From IMG/VR virus record IMGVR_UViG_3300007276_000059, positions 1 to 56,534 of that record: 56,534 nt of DNA. One strand, written 5' to 3'. This DNA comes from a virus (Duplodnaviria; Caudoviricetes). Shown here piece by piece: positions 8,887 to 17,836 of the stretch (the stretch's first letter is position 1; each line of letters begins with the position of its first letter). Position numbers and translations under genes: made by a program. A model generated the notes under the pieces. That model made no database searches and was not told the DNA's origin. It saw only the letters and a list, made by a program, of their open reading frames with translations.

Positions 8887-9597
8887 ATGGCAAGCACAGG
8901 TAATTTAGTAAGTATAAAAATGGTAGCTGATAGGCTTATGAGAAATCCTTTAATGAAGGATCTAAGCTATGAGTTTATTGTAGATAACGCGATACAAGTA
9001 TTAAGAATACTTGAAGCTCCATCTATCTTTGTAACACGAAGAGAAGGATTAAATGTAGTTAATTACAGAGCACTTAAACCTATCGATATGATTACAGTCG
9101 AAGGTATTGCCAGAACAGATCAAGGTGGAGCACCTATTCCGTTAACAGCAACAGAAGATATTTCTCAAGAATTCTTTCACGTTGGTAATGAGCTTCCTAG
9201 TAGAATAGATTATACATATGGATTGAATAGTAAATACGTTAGTGTTAATTTTGAAACAGGAACAATACATATTATCTACAAAGCTATTGCTACTGATGAC
9301 GAATGTTACCCACTTGTATTAGACAATGAAACACTATTAAGATGTGTTGAGAGTTATATTAAATGGAAATGGTTTGATATATTAAATGATATGGACATGG
9401 TGTCAGACAGAAAGCTACACAAAGCTGAAGTTGATTACTGTTTCAATGTAGCACAAGCAGATGCTAATCTTAAATTGCCAAGTGCAGATGAGATGGAAGC
9501 ATTAACAAATATGATTACACAAATCCTTCCAAGTACTACTGAATTCAAAAGAAGATTTGAATTCTTAGGTGCTCAGGAACAAATGAGAATCAACTAA
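8887..9597 (+). CDS. Tail tubular / ring protein 1 (P22 gp4-like position)
   Basis: 'F..G...I.Y.AI.TD...YPL..DN' and 'PS.DEME' motifs; directly upstream of the muzzle gene. Confidence 0.7.
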   Translation: MASTGNLVSIKMVADRLMRNPLMKDLSYEFIVDNAIQVLRILEAPSIFVTRREGLNVVNYRALKPIDMITVEGIARTDQGGAPIPLTATEDISQEFFHVGNELPSRIDYTYGLNSKYVSVNFETGTIHIIYKAIATDDECYPLVLDNETLLRCVESYIKWKWFDILNDMDMVSDRKLHKAEVDYCFNVAQADANLKLPSADEMEALTNMITQILPSTTEFKRRFEFLGAQEQMRIN

Positions 9598-9598
9598 G

Positions 9599-12500
9599 AT
9601 GATAAAAAAACACGAGGCAAGTTATCAAGGGATGTCTAAAGACTTGGCGAGTGATCTCCAGACAGACAAATACTTTGATGCACAGAACATAAGAATTTTA
9701 GCAACGGATCAAAAGAGTTCGTTTGCAGTTAGTAACGAGGCTGGTAATGAAATAGTCTTTTCTATTCCTACTCCGGTATTTGATTTCGATAATACTAGGA
9801 TTGCATATACAGTTGGTTCAACTACAAAATATTTAGACTATGCAACTGTAACTAATGTGATTCCAAGATGTGAGTTAGAAGAGACTTATGTAGATACTAC
9901 TGGATCTCCAGTATCCTTAACTTCTGGGACTCAAATAATCATTGGTACAAAAGAGCTTAGAGATTCCGCGTTGATTGTTACTACAGATGATAATGGATGG
10001 GATTGCTTCTGGGAGCTTACTAATCTTAATGACGGAACATTTGATTTAGTTTTATTATACATGAATAATTTAGGTTTATCTAAGAATAACCTAGTTCAAA
10101 TATTGTTTAATTACGAAAACTCAGTTATACAAAAAATATACTTTGTTGATGGAGCACATCAACTTAGATTCTTAAACTTACGACAAAGCATTGCTAATGG
10201 CGATAGAGATAACTTAATTGATTTAAGTGCAAGCTCTATTGATACTGTATCAACATTCACTTTATCTCAACCTTCTATTGATGGTGTGATTTCAGGTGGA
10301 TCGCACACTTCAGGTCAAATTCAATATGCTTATGGACTTTATATCCTTAATGGAGCACAAACAACTGTCTCTCCTCTTTCAGAATTAGCCGCTATTGATA
10401 AAGGTAATGGATTAGGTGGAGGTGATGTTAATGAAATCCTTGGGAAGTCTGTCCAAGTTAATATTCCAAATATTGATATCAAATTTACAAATATAAAACT
10501 ATATTCTATAAAATACACTTCACTTAATCAGAATCCTGAAATAAGTATTGTTGCAGATAAGCAGATTGATAATTACTCATCTATGCTTATTACGGACGAT
10601 GGATCTTCTCAAAAAGCTATATCATTAGAGGCTTTTGTATTCTTAGGATCAGATCCTATTGTACCAAAGCATATAGCAACAAAAGATAATAGATTATTCC
10701 CTATTAATATTACTTCAAGTAGATTTGAAGTAGATTTAGATACTAGAGCGTATTCATTTACTTCTGAGCCTGTTGCTCAAGTATTAGATAATGCGTATGT
10801 AGATGATTTCTTAAATGTACTAGGACTCACTTCGACTGTAACTGGTCCTGATTTTATATTACCTACTGGACATGATTCAGTGAATAAGAATTATGATACT
10901 CAGAAGTATCAAGATGATGGATCCACTTTAGGAGCAACGGGGAAGTATGTAGAAGTAGAGGTAGTTCAAGGCAATTTATCCGACGATGCTGCTGCAAATT
11001 TACAATTCTTAAAAGATCAAGAGCTTTATAGATTAGGTATTAAGTTTTACAACAGAAGAGGGCAAACATCAGATCCTTCATGGATTATGGATGTGCGTGC
11101 ACCTGAAGGAAACTTAGAAGGAAATTACAATCAATTGAGAGTTACTCTTACCCCTGAGTTCTATGTCTGGTTAAATACTGGATCAAACTTTGCAACATCA
11201 GATGTTAAGCCAATAGGATATAAAATATTAAGAGCTGATAGAACTTTAGTTGATCAAACAATATTTGCCCAAGGATTTATCAATCCAATGATAGCAAATT
11301 ACGTTCACGGATCTAAATATACATCATTAGCTTCAAGAAAAGAGGCAGTAAATAACTCTAACGCTACTAAATCTGATATATTGCCATCAATGACAAGACT
11401 GTTTGAAACAGTTAAGCCATTCGTAGCATGTACAGATTATCATGAGACTGCATGGAGAAGTGAGAATGATAGTTCATCTGATGATTTAAAAAGAAGTGCA
11501 GAAACTGAAGGATTCAAAGCTAAAGCAAGTACAAACTGGAGAGCACAGAATTTCCAACACAATAGATTAATGCAGTTCTTTAGTCCTGAAGTATTATTTA
11601 GAGACAACCCAATAGATTCTAGTTATAAATTAAGAATTAAAGGATTGATGGAGGAGAATTACTTAGCTAACTGGTCAACCGAAACTAACCCAATCACATC
11701 AGTTAGCGACCAAGAGGTTATATTTATAAATGGTATTACTAGTGCAACCTTAGGTCAGGATACACCTCAAGTTAAATCTGGTAAAGCTAGTAATTTATCT
11801 GATGTAGGATTCTTTGGGCCAACTAATTCAAAAAATGATCATGCTACACATCAAGTTTATAGACAGTTTGAAGGTAATTTTAATCCTGCAAATGTTAAAA
11901 CCGAATGGGATATATATGGCTCACCTGAATTAACACAAGAGGGTGCAGACTTTACTGATTATAATAATGACTCCAGACTTAGATACGCTAACAATTTGAA
12001 GTCAATGAGAATGGATAATTGGGTTGATAAAACTACTTCTGATGGAATAAATAAAGATATAAATAGAAAAATAAGAGGTTGTAATACTATTGGTGCAAAG
12101 TGTATCACATTTGCTGAAGGCGATGACAGTTCAACAGCTCCAATAGATTCTAGAAAAAGTATTGAGGATATTCATATAGCAGCTTCAACTGGTGCTACAA
12201 ATGGTGTGCTTATTGCTGAATTTGTAAAAGAAAACTACCTACTCTATACTGGAGGTATGTACGGAGGGATGTCATTTGAATCTAAAGCTAATGCATCCTA
12301 CATTGAAATAGGATCTTTCACAGAAATAAATACAAATTCTATTTTTATAGCATCTCCAGGTGATACTTTCGTAAATACATTCACTTTTACAAAAATGGTT
12401 AAAGATAATACAGAGATTGTAGATGCAGATTATAATATTGTATCAGAGATAGTGTCAATAAAAGTTGAAACAACTATTGACCTTAAGAATAGAAATGACT

Positions 12501-13684
12501 TATCTATTGGTAGTTGGGACAACAGATGGCAACCAAAATATGAGGAGTATCAAAAATACAATACAGTATATTCTCAACAGCCAACTTTAATTAAGTCGAT
12601 TAGTCAAGGTACTAAGATAAAGAAAATACAAGAGTTTGATGGAAGATTAATGTCTTCTAAAGAGAAGATTCCGGGAGAATTTATTGACTCATGGACTGAT
12701 TTTCTTGAGAATGAAACTATGGATCTTGACGGAAAGTTTGGACCAATTAATGCCGTGGTAAACTTAAATGATGAAATATTCTGTTTGCAAGATACTGCTG
12801 TTGCTCACATTGCTATTAATCCTAGAGTTCAAGTTCCGGGAAATGATGGAATAAGTCTTGAGTTAGGTACTGGAGGTATACTACATGATTACAATTATAA
12901 AAGTACCACAAGTGGATGTTTAAATAAATGGGGTGTAATTACTGCTGACAAAGCATTCTACTTCATAGATATAATCAATAGAGGTATTATGGCATTTGAC
13001 GGAGCTAATGTAGGTAAACTATCTGATGCTCACGGATTCCATCATGAATTAATTAATAGAATTAACTTCAATGACTTGAAAAAGGATAACGCTGTACTAA
13101 AAACTGGAGTATCATTAGGATACAATCCAGTCAACAACGACGTTTACTTTACATTTTTGCAGTCAACAGATTCGTTTACTTTAGGGTTCAACGAAAAGAT
13201 AAGTGCCTTCGTTAGTTTCTATGGATATAAGCCAGCATGGTATATAAACAAAGGTTCTGTATTGATCTCTACAAACCCTTCGAGCGTTTCCTTATGGGAA
13301 CACTTTAAAGGTGATGCTAATAATTTCTATGGCACAGCATTCAGAAGCTCAATTACACTTCATGTTGCTCCTCAAGGAAATGAGATAATACTTAATGGTG
13401 CTACATTCAAGCTAGAGCTTACTAAGAATGGTATTGAACTACCAAATCAGGGATTAACTAAGGTTCGCGTATATAATGATTATCAGGATTCTGGTGAAGT
13501 TTCATTAGTAATGAGACAAAATATGTGGAAGAAATTCAGGAATTGGAAGATAAATTTCCCTCGTCAATCTAATACTCGCGAGAGAGTTCGTAGTGCTTGG
13601 GGATTTGCTGAGTTCATATTCGAAAATACAGATGGAAGAAATTTAATCTTACATGACATAACAATATTCTATACTCAACCTTAA
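9599..13684 (+). CDS. Muzzle / tail stabilisation protein (P22 gp10-like)
   Basis: 1361-aa beta-rich protein: 'GM.KD', 'F.A.NIRI', 'YEN...QKIYFVDG', 'GDTF', 'DSWT.F', 'KKFR.W'. Confidence 0.75.
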   Translation: MIKKHEASYQGMSKDLASDLQTDKYFDAQNIRILATDQKSSFAVSNEAGNEIVFSIPTPVFDFDNTRIAYTVGSTTKYLDYATVTNVIPRCELEETYVDTTGSPVSLTSGTQIIIGTKELRDSALIVTTDDNGWDCFWELTNLNDGTFDLVLLYMNNLGLSKNNLVQILFNYENSVIQKIYFVDGAHQLRFLNLRQSIANGDRDNLIDLSASSIDTVSTFTLSQPSIDGVISGGSHTSGQIQYAYGLYILNGAQTTVSPLSELAAIDKGNGLGGGDVNEILGKSVQVNIPNIDIKFTNIKLYSIKYTSLNQNPEISIVADKQIDNYSSMLITDDGSSQKAISLEAFVFLGSDPIVPKHIATKDNRLFPINITSSRFEVDLDTRAYSFTSEPVAQVLDNAYVDDFLNVLGLTSTVTGPDFILPTGHDSVNKNYDTQKYQDDGSTLGATGKYVEVEVVQGNLSDDAAANLQFLKDQELYRLGIKFYNRRGQTSDPSWIMDVRAPEGNLEGNYNQLRVTLTPEFYVWLNTGSNFATSDVKPIGYKILRADRTLVDQTIFAQGFINPMIANYVHGSKYTSLASRKEAVNNSNATKSDILPSMTRLFETVKPFVACTDYHETAWRSENDSSSDDLKRSAETEGFKAKASTNWRAQNFQHNRLMQFFSPEVLFRDNPIDSSYKLRIKGLMEENYLANWSTETNPITSVSDQEVIFINGITSATLGQDTPQVKSGKASNLSDVGFFGPTNSKNDHATHQVYRQFEGNFNPANVKTEWDIYGSPELTQEGADFTDYNNDSRLRYANNLKSMRMDNWVDKTTSDGINKDINRKIRGCNTIGAKCITFAEGDDSSTAPIDSRKSIEDIHIAASTGATNGVLIAEFVKENYLLYTGGMYGGMSFESKANASYIEIGSFTEINTNSIFIASPGDTFVNTFTFTKMVKDNTEIVDADYNIVSEIVSIKVETTIDLKNRNDLSIGSWDNRWQPKYEEYQKYNTVYSQQPTLIKSISQGTKIKKIQEFDGRLMSSKEKIPGEFIDSWTDFLENETMDLDGKFGPINAVVNLNDEIFCLQDTAVAHIAINPRVQVPGNDGISLELGTGGILHDYNYKSTTSGCLNKWGVITADKAFYFIDIINRGIMAFDGANVGKLSDAHGFHHELINRINFNDLKKDNAVLKTGVSLGYNPVNNDVYFTFLQSTDSFTLGFNEKISAFVSFYGYKPAWYINKGSVLISTNPSSVSLWEHFKGDANNFYGTAFRSSITLHVAPQGNEIILNGATFKLELTKNGIELPNQGLTKVRVYNDYQDSGEVSLVMRQNMWKKFRNWKINFPRQSNTRERVRSAWGFAEFIFENTDGRNLILHDITIFYTQP

Positions 13685-13702
13685 TAGTGTGTGATATAGA
13701 AT

Positions 13703-13734
13703 ATTGACAAATTAAGTGTTATTTCATATATTTG
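13703..13734 (+). promoter_or_regulatory. Bacteroidota-type promoter immediately before an ATG (leaderless candidate)
   Basis: ATTG (13703-13706), 20 nt, TATATTTG (13727-13734); ATG at 13739. Confidence 0.6.
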
Positions 13735-13738
13735 TATT

Positions 13739-14464
13739 ATGCGTTATAATAAGGAACAAAGAAATAGTATTTTAAAATGGCTGGGAGGCTCCGTATTTGT
13801 CGGGGCTTTTGGTTTTTTAACAGCATGGTTAATTTTTCCATTTGCTTGGATATTCAAATCTAAAGGAACTAGTAGTTTATTATGGTGGTGGATGGATGAC
13901 GAAAGAGAAGCTAAAGAAGGTTGGGCACCAGACTACTCATCTTATATATTAAGAAAAGGTGGTCACCCAAATTATAAAAAAGAGAATTTTTGGATTGCTT
14001 ATAAATGGCATACAAGAAATGCTGTATGGAACCTAAAGAGATCTAAATTTTTAGTAGATTCTACTCCTGCAGAAGTTGGAAACAATAATATAGAGAGATC
14101 TAATGTTGTTACTGATAAGTTATTTAAACTTAATGAAGACTTTAGGACTCATTTAGAACAGGATGGCGTATGGATTCAAAGTGCAGGATTGAAGTTTATG
14201 CCTAAATTCCCATGGGAAGAGAAGTGGCAGGTTAGTCAAGGTGATGAGATATCTTATGAGACTTCTATAATAGGTGAAGGCTTCATGTGGTTCTACGCAA
14301 AGGGAAAAGATAAACTGATGTTCCGATACAGTCAGTGCAAGATAGTAACGTATAAAATATTCGGTATTCGAATCTGGAAAGGCTGGAGAACAGTAGTTAT
14401 AGGTTATGATACTAAGTCATATGTATTAACAGTTAAATTTCAAAAGATAAAACCTTGGAAATAG
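13739..14464 (+). CDS. Trp-rich protein with N-terminal membrane anchor, unknown function
   Basis: Hydrophobic residues ~11-39; WWWMDD and W..RN motifs. Confidence 0.7.
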   Translation: MRYNKEQRNSILKWLGGSVFVGAFGFLTAWLIFPFAWIFKSKGTSSLLWWWMDDEREAKEGWAPDYSSYILRKGGHPNYKKENFWIAYKWHTRNAVWNLKRSKFLVDSTPAEVGNNNIERSNVVTDKLFKLNEDFRTHLEQDGVWIQSAGLKFMPKFPWEEKWQVSQGDEISYETSIIGEGFMWFYAKGKDKLMFRYSQCKIVTYKIFGIRIWKGWRTVVIGYDTKSYVLTVKFQKIKPWK

Positions 14465-16233
14465 GAGATAACGATAAAGATAAAGATAAAGGAAAAAAGT
14501 CTGGGTTTAACTCTAAGGCTTACAAGCATGCTATAAGTATGATTGAATCTTCTGGTGGTAAATATTTACAGACTGGAATAGATCCTAAGACTGGTAAAAG
14601 ACTTTCTAGTGCTGCTGGTAAGTATCATTTTTTATATCAGCTTATAAAAAAGGATCCTTCTATGAAAGGTATTTCCAAGAGAGACTTTATGAATAATAAT
14701 GACCTTCAGGAAGCTATTATGGATAAAGCTATTAGTGGTAAGCTTACTGGATATACTTACGGAGAAGATTATGCCAATAAATTAATAAAAGAGTTTGGAT
14801 CTGACAAAGATGTTAATGAAATATCTGCAATCATACACTTCTTAGGAGCAGGAAATGCTCGTAAGTTTCTTAAAGATCCAAAAAACTTCAGAGTACCTGG
14901 AGCTGTAAATCTAACAGGAGATGAGTATCTTGATAAATTTAGAAAGCATTTCGATAAGTATAGCGAAGAAAATATTCAAGAAGGTCAACCTGTTTCAAAA
15001 ATAAACAAAGTACCTACTTCAGAAAGAAGTCAAGGTGTAGTTAAGCAGGATGCAACACAAGTAGCAAAACCTCAGCAAATAAAAGAACCTCGTCATGTTA
15101 ATTTAAAAGATAACTTAATAAAAAATATACCTGCTAGTGAGGGATTAGATTTCCTTGATAGTAATAAGTTTGAGCAAGGCGGTCAGATGTCTGGATTATC
15201 TGGGGCTGATCAATTAGTAACTATATTTGAAAATGGAGGTTCACATGAGCAGAATCCTATTGGTGGTATTCCACAAGGAGTCGGAGCAAATGGTAAACCT
15301 AATCTCGTTGAAGAAGGAGAAACTAAATGGAACGATTATGTCTTTTCCAATTCTTTCTCATTAGATGGCATCCATACAGGTAGTGATGGATCTAAATCTA
15401 ATTTATTCGAGAACGGAGGGGAATTAGATCCTCCAACTAAAAACCCAGTATCCAACATAAAGCCAGACTTACCACGAACATTTCCTAAATCTGAAATGAA
15501 GACAAACGCTTATGGAGGATTAGAAAAAGTTACAGAACATTTTGAATTACCAGATGTAAGGAAACAACACATGCCTAATAATAATTATGTATCTTCTAAT
15601 CCAAATGAAGATGTAGATTTTCAAAGTCAGGTTAAAAGTGAGGGTTCTCAGAAGTTTTTAGATAGATACAATGATCCAATTACTAGAAAACTAATGAAAG
15701 ATCAGACTGATCTTAGTGATGAAGATATAGATAACATGATACTTAAAGGTCTTAGTGCCGATAAAGTTATAGGAGGTAATACCGGTGGATCTAAAGGATC
15801 GTATGATCCTAAAGAAAATAAGATACACATGGGAGAGGAGCATAAAGATGATACTGGTGCAGAAGTTCACGAAACTGTACATGCGTCTTTATTTGATTCA
15901 GCTCAAGGACAAAACTTAATGAATGTATTAGGTAATCCCTTCAAGCAAGAAGGTAGAGAGTCTATGAAGAAATCTCAAATGGGAAGAGATGTTTTAAGAT
16001 ATATGCAAAAACCTCATGAAGCTTACGGTAACTTTTCTGAATTCAGAGAAAAAATTGGTCTTAAACCAGGTGAGCAAATTACTGAGGAGCAATTAAAGAA
16101 AAGAGCTAAAGATAAGGGACTTACAAATGAGAATTTTTATAGATCTTTTAATAATAAGAACCTAACTAAAGCATTAAATACAGTTGCCTATCAAGGTAAC
16201 GATAACGATATTAACAATTACAAATTAGCATAA
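14455..16233 (+). CDS. Ejected cargo protein with N-terminal lysozyme/transglycosylase-like and C-terminal zincin-like domains
   Basis: TTG start. AISMIESSGG...SSAAGKYHF; conserved cargo segment GGSHEQNP...VEEGE...YVFSN; HETVH...PHEAY. Confidence 0.65.
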   Translation: MEIGDNDKDKDKGKKSGFNSKAYKHAISMIESSGGKYLQTGIDPKTGKRLSSAAGKYHFLYQLIKKDPSMKGISKRDFMNNNDLQEAIMDKAISGKLTGYTYGEDYANKLIKEFGSDKDVNEISAIIHFLGAGNARKFLKDPKNFRVPGAVNLTGDEYLDKFRKHFDKYSEENIQEGQPVSKINKVPTSERSQGVVKQDATQVAKPQQIKEPRHVNLKDNLIKNIPASEGLDFLDSNKFEQGGQMSGLSGADQLVTIFENGGSHEQNPIGGIPQGVGANGKPNLVEEGETKWNDYVFSNSFSLDGIHTGSDGSKSNLFENGGELDPPTKNPVSNIKPDLPRTFPKSEMKTNAYGGLEKVTEHFELPDVRKQHMPNNNYVSSNPNEDVDFQSQVKSEGSQKFLDRYNDPITRKLMKDQTDLSDEDIDNMILKGLSADKVIGGNTGGSKGSYDPKENKIHMGEEHKDDTGAEVHETVHASLFDSAQGQNLMNVLGNPFKQEGRESMKKSQMGRDVLRYMQKPHEAYGNFSEFREKIGLKPGEQITEEQLKKRAKDKGLTNENFYRSFNNKNLTKALNTVAYQGNDNDINNYKLA

Positions 16234-16234
16234 C

Positions 16235-17824
16235 ATGGATATAATGTCAAAATTCAATCTGCCAACTTACGTGAAAGGGAAATCTTTCTCAGAAGCAAGT
16301 GCAATGATAGCAAAGAGATTTAATGATAGAAATAGCCCTGAAGATGTTGCTACATTGAATGACCTACAAGGAAGGCTACAACAGGCTCAAGAGTTTGTTA
16401 AGGCTCAGCAAGAAGCAAGAACTAATCCAAGTCATCAAATGCCAGATGGTAGTATGATGAATGGATCTAATCATCAACAGCAGGCGTCAAACATTCCAGC
16501 CGACGCTGGAATGGGTGCAGAGCCGTCAGGCTCTGAGCATGCGTCCAATGAGTTTGAAGGTGGCGGTGGCTTGTTAGATAGCCTATTCCCTAAAGATGCT
16601 TCAGGTGCTGAAGGTGGTGTTGGTGCAGGAGGTTATGCTCAAGCTGCAATGGGTCTTGCAGATATGGCTAAAACAGCTTTTGGCCCTACTGGTATTGATA
16701 CTAGTGGTGCAACTGCTTCGCCAGACGTACCATCTCAAGGTGCTTCTGCAGCTTCAGGTGCTATGAAAGGTGCTATGGCTGGAAAATCCTTTGGCCCTTG
16801 GGGAGCTGCAATTGGTGGTGTCCTTGGTGGTGCCGCAGGATTTATTGGAGGAGGAAAAGAAAACAAAGATGCTAACAAGGCTGACTTTAATTATGATGTA
16901 GGTCAACACAATCAGGCTAGTAATTCTTATAAGAGTGGTGGACAGTTGTTAGCTAATATGTATGACAAAGGTGGTCATGCACATCCACATGGAGAGAGTT
17001 CAGGATATAATCCAAATGAAGAGGATGATTATTATGATAATCAAAATAGTAATGCTTATTTTGCTGGAGAGGCTGATAAGAGATCGGCATTTGATTCTAG
17101 TAATGATTATTTCGCAAAAGAAGCTGATAAAAGATCTGCTATTGATAGCAGTAATGCTTCATTCGCAGCGGATGCTGATGCAAGGAAAGCTGTTAATTAT
17201 GGTAATACAGATGTAGATCCTGTTAAAGAATCTAAATTCAATCCAGCAGAGTTATTAAGATATGCACCTGCAGCTATGAATTTAGCCCAGCTTGCTAACT
17301 TAAAGAAGCCAGAGAAGGTAGGTTTAGATAGACTTGGTAATAAGTATGAGGAGCAATTGGTTGATGAGAGAGAATTACAGAATGTAGTTCAGGAAGGAAC
17401 TCTTAATACGCGTGATGCATTGTTGTCATCTTCTGGAGGATCTGGTTCAACAGCTAGAGCAAACTTACTTGCTTCTCAATTACAGGGAACTAAAGCTCTA
17501 TCACAGGCTTATCAATCAGCAGGTGCAGAGAATAGACAAGAGAGAAGAAAAGGACAACAATTTGATTTAGGTGTTGATCAAACTAATTTAGGTCAATCTA
17601 ATCAAGAAAAGAATATAAATCTGCAATTAGATGCAGGATACAAATCAAACAAATCTAAGTTAATGGCTCAATTAGGCGATGACTTAGGTGGTATTGGTCA
17701 AGAAGAATTATTTAAGAGATATCCAGAGTTAATGGGATTATCATACGGTGCTAAAGGCCAGCACCTTTCGTCAGAAGAAAAAAGAAAAGCTGCTAAAAAA
17801 GCTGCTAGAAAACAAAAAAATTAA
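16235..17824 (+). CDS. Ejected cargo protein with glycine-zipper transmembrane segment
   Basis: GAMAGKSFGPWGAAIGGVLGGAAGFIGG; 'LLRYAP'; Q/A-rich coiled regions. Confidence 0.65.
   Translation: MDIMSKFNLPTYVKGKSFSEASAMIAKRFNDRNSPEDVATLNDLQGRLQQAQEFVKAQQEARTNPSHQMPDGSMMNGSNHQQQASNIPADAGMGAEPSGSEHASNEFEGGGGLLDSLFPKDASGAEGGVGAGGYAQAAMGLADMAKTAFGPTGIDTSGATASPDVPSQGASAASGAMKGAMAGKSFGPWGAAIGGVLGGAAGFIGGGKENKDANKADFNYDVGQHNQASNSYKSGGQLLANMYDKGGHAHPHGESSGYNPNEEDDYYDNQNSNAYFAGEADKRSAFDSSNDYFAKEADKRSAIDSSNASFAADADARKAVNYGNTDVDPVKESKFNPAELLRYAPAAMNLAQLANLKKPEKVGLDRLGNKYEEQLVDERELQNVVQEGTLNTRDALLSSSGGSGSTARANLLASQLQGTKALSQAYQSAGAENRQERRKGQQFDLGVDQTNLGQSNQEKNINLQLDAGYKSNKSKLMAQLGDDLGGIGQEELFKRYPELMGLSYGAKGQHLSSEEKRKAAKKAARKQKN
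17048..17190 (+). repeat. Three degenerate 51-bp (17-aa) in-frame tandem repeats
   Basis: Units start at 17048, 17099 and 17150: SNAYFAGEADKRSAFDS / SNDYFAKEADKRSAIDS / SNASFAADADARKA. Confidence 0.8.
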
Positions 17825-17836
17825 TATATTTACATC

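Noticed and set aside
17048-17190. CRISPR array or DGR template
   Set aside because: Repeats are in-frame, degenerate and spacer-less; no reverse transcriptase or cas gene in the window
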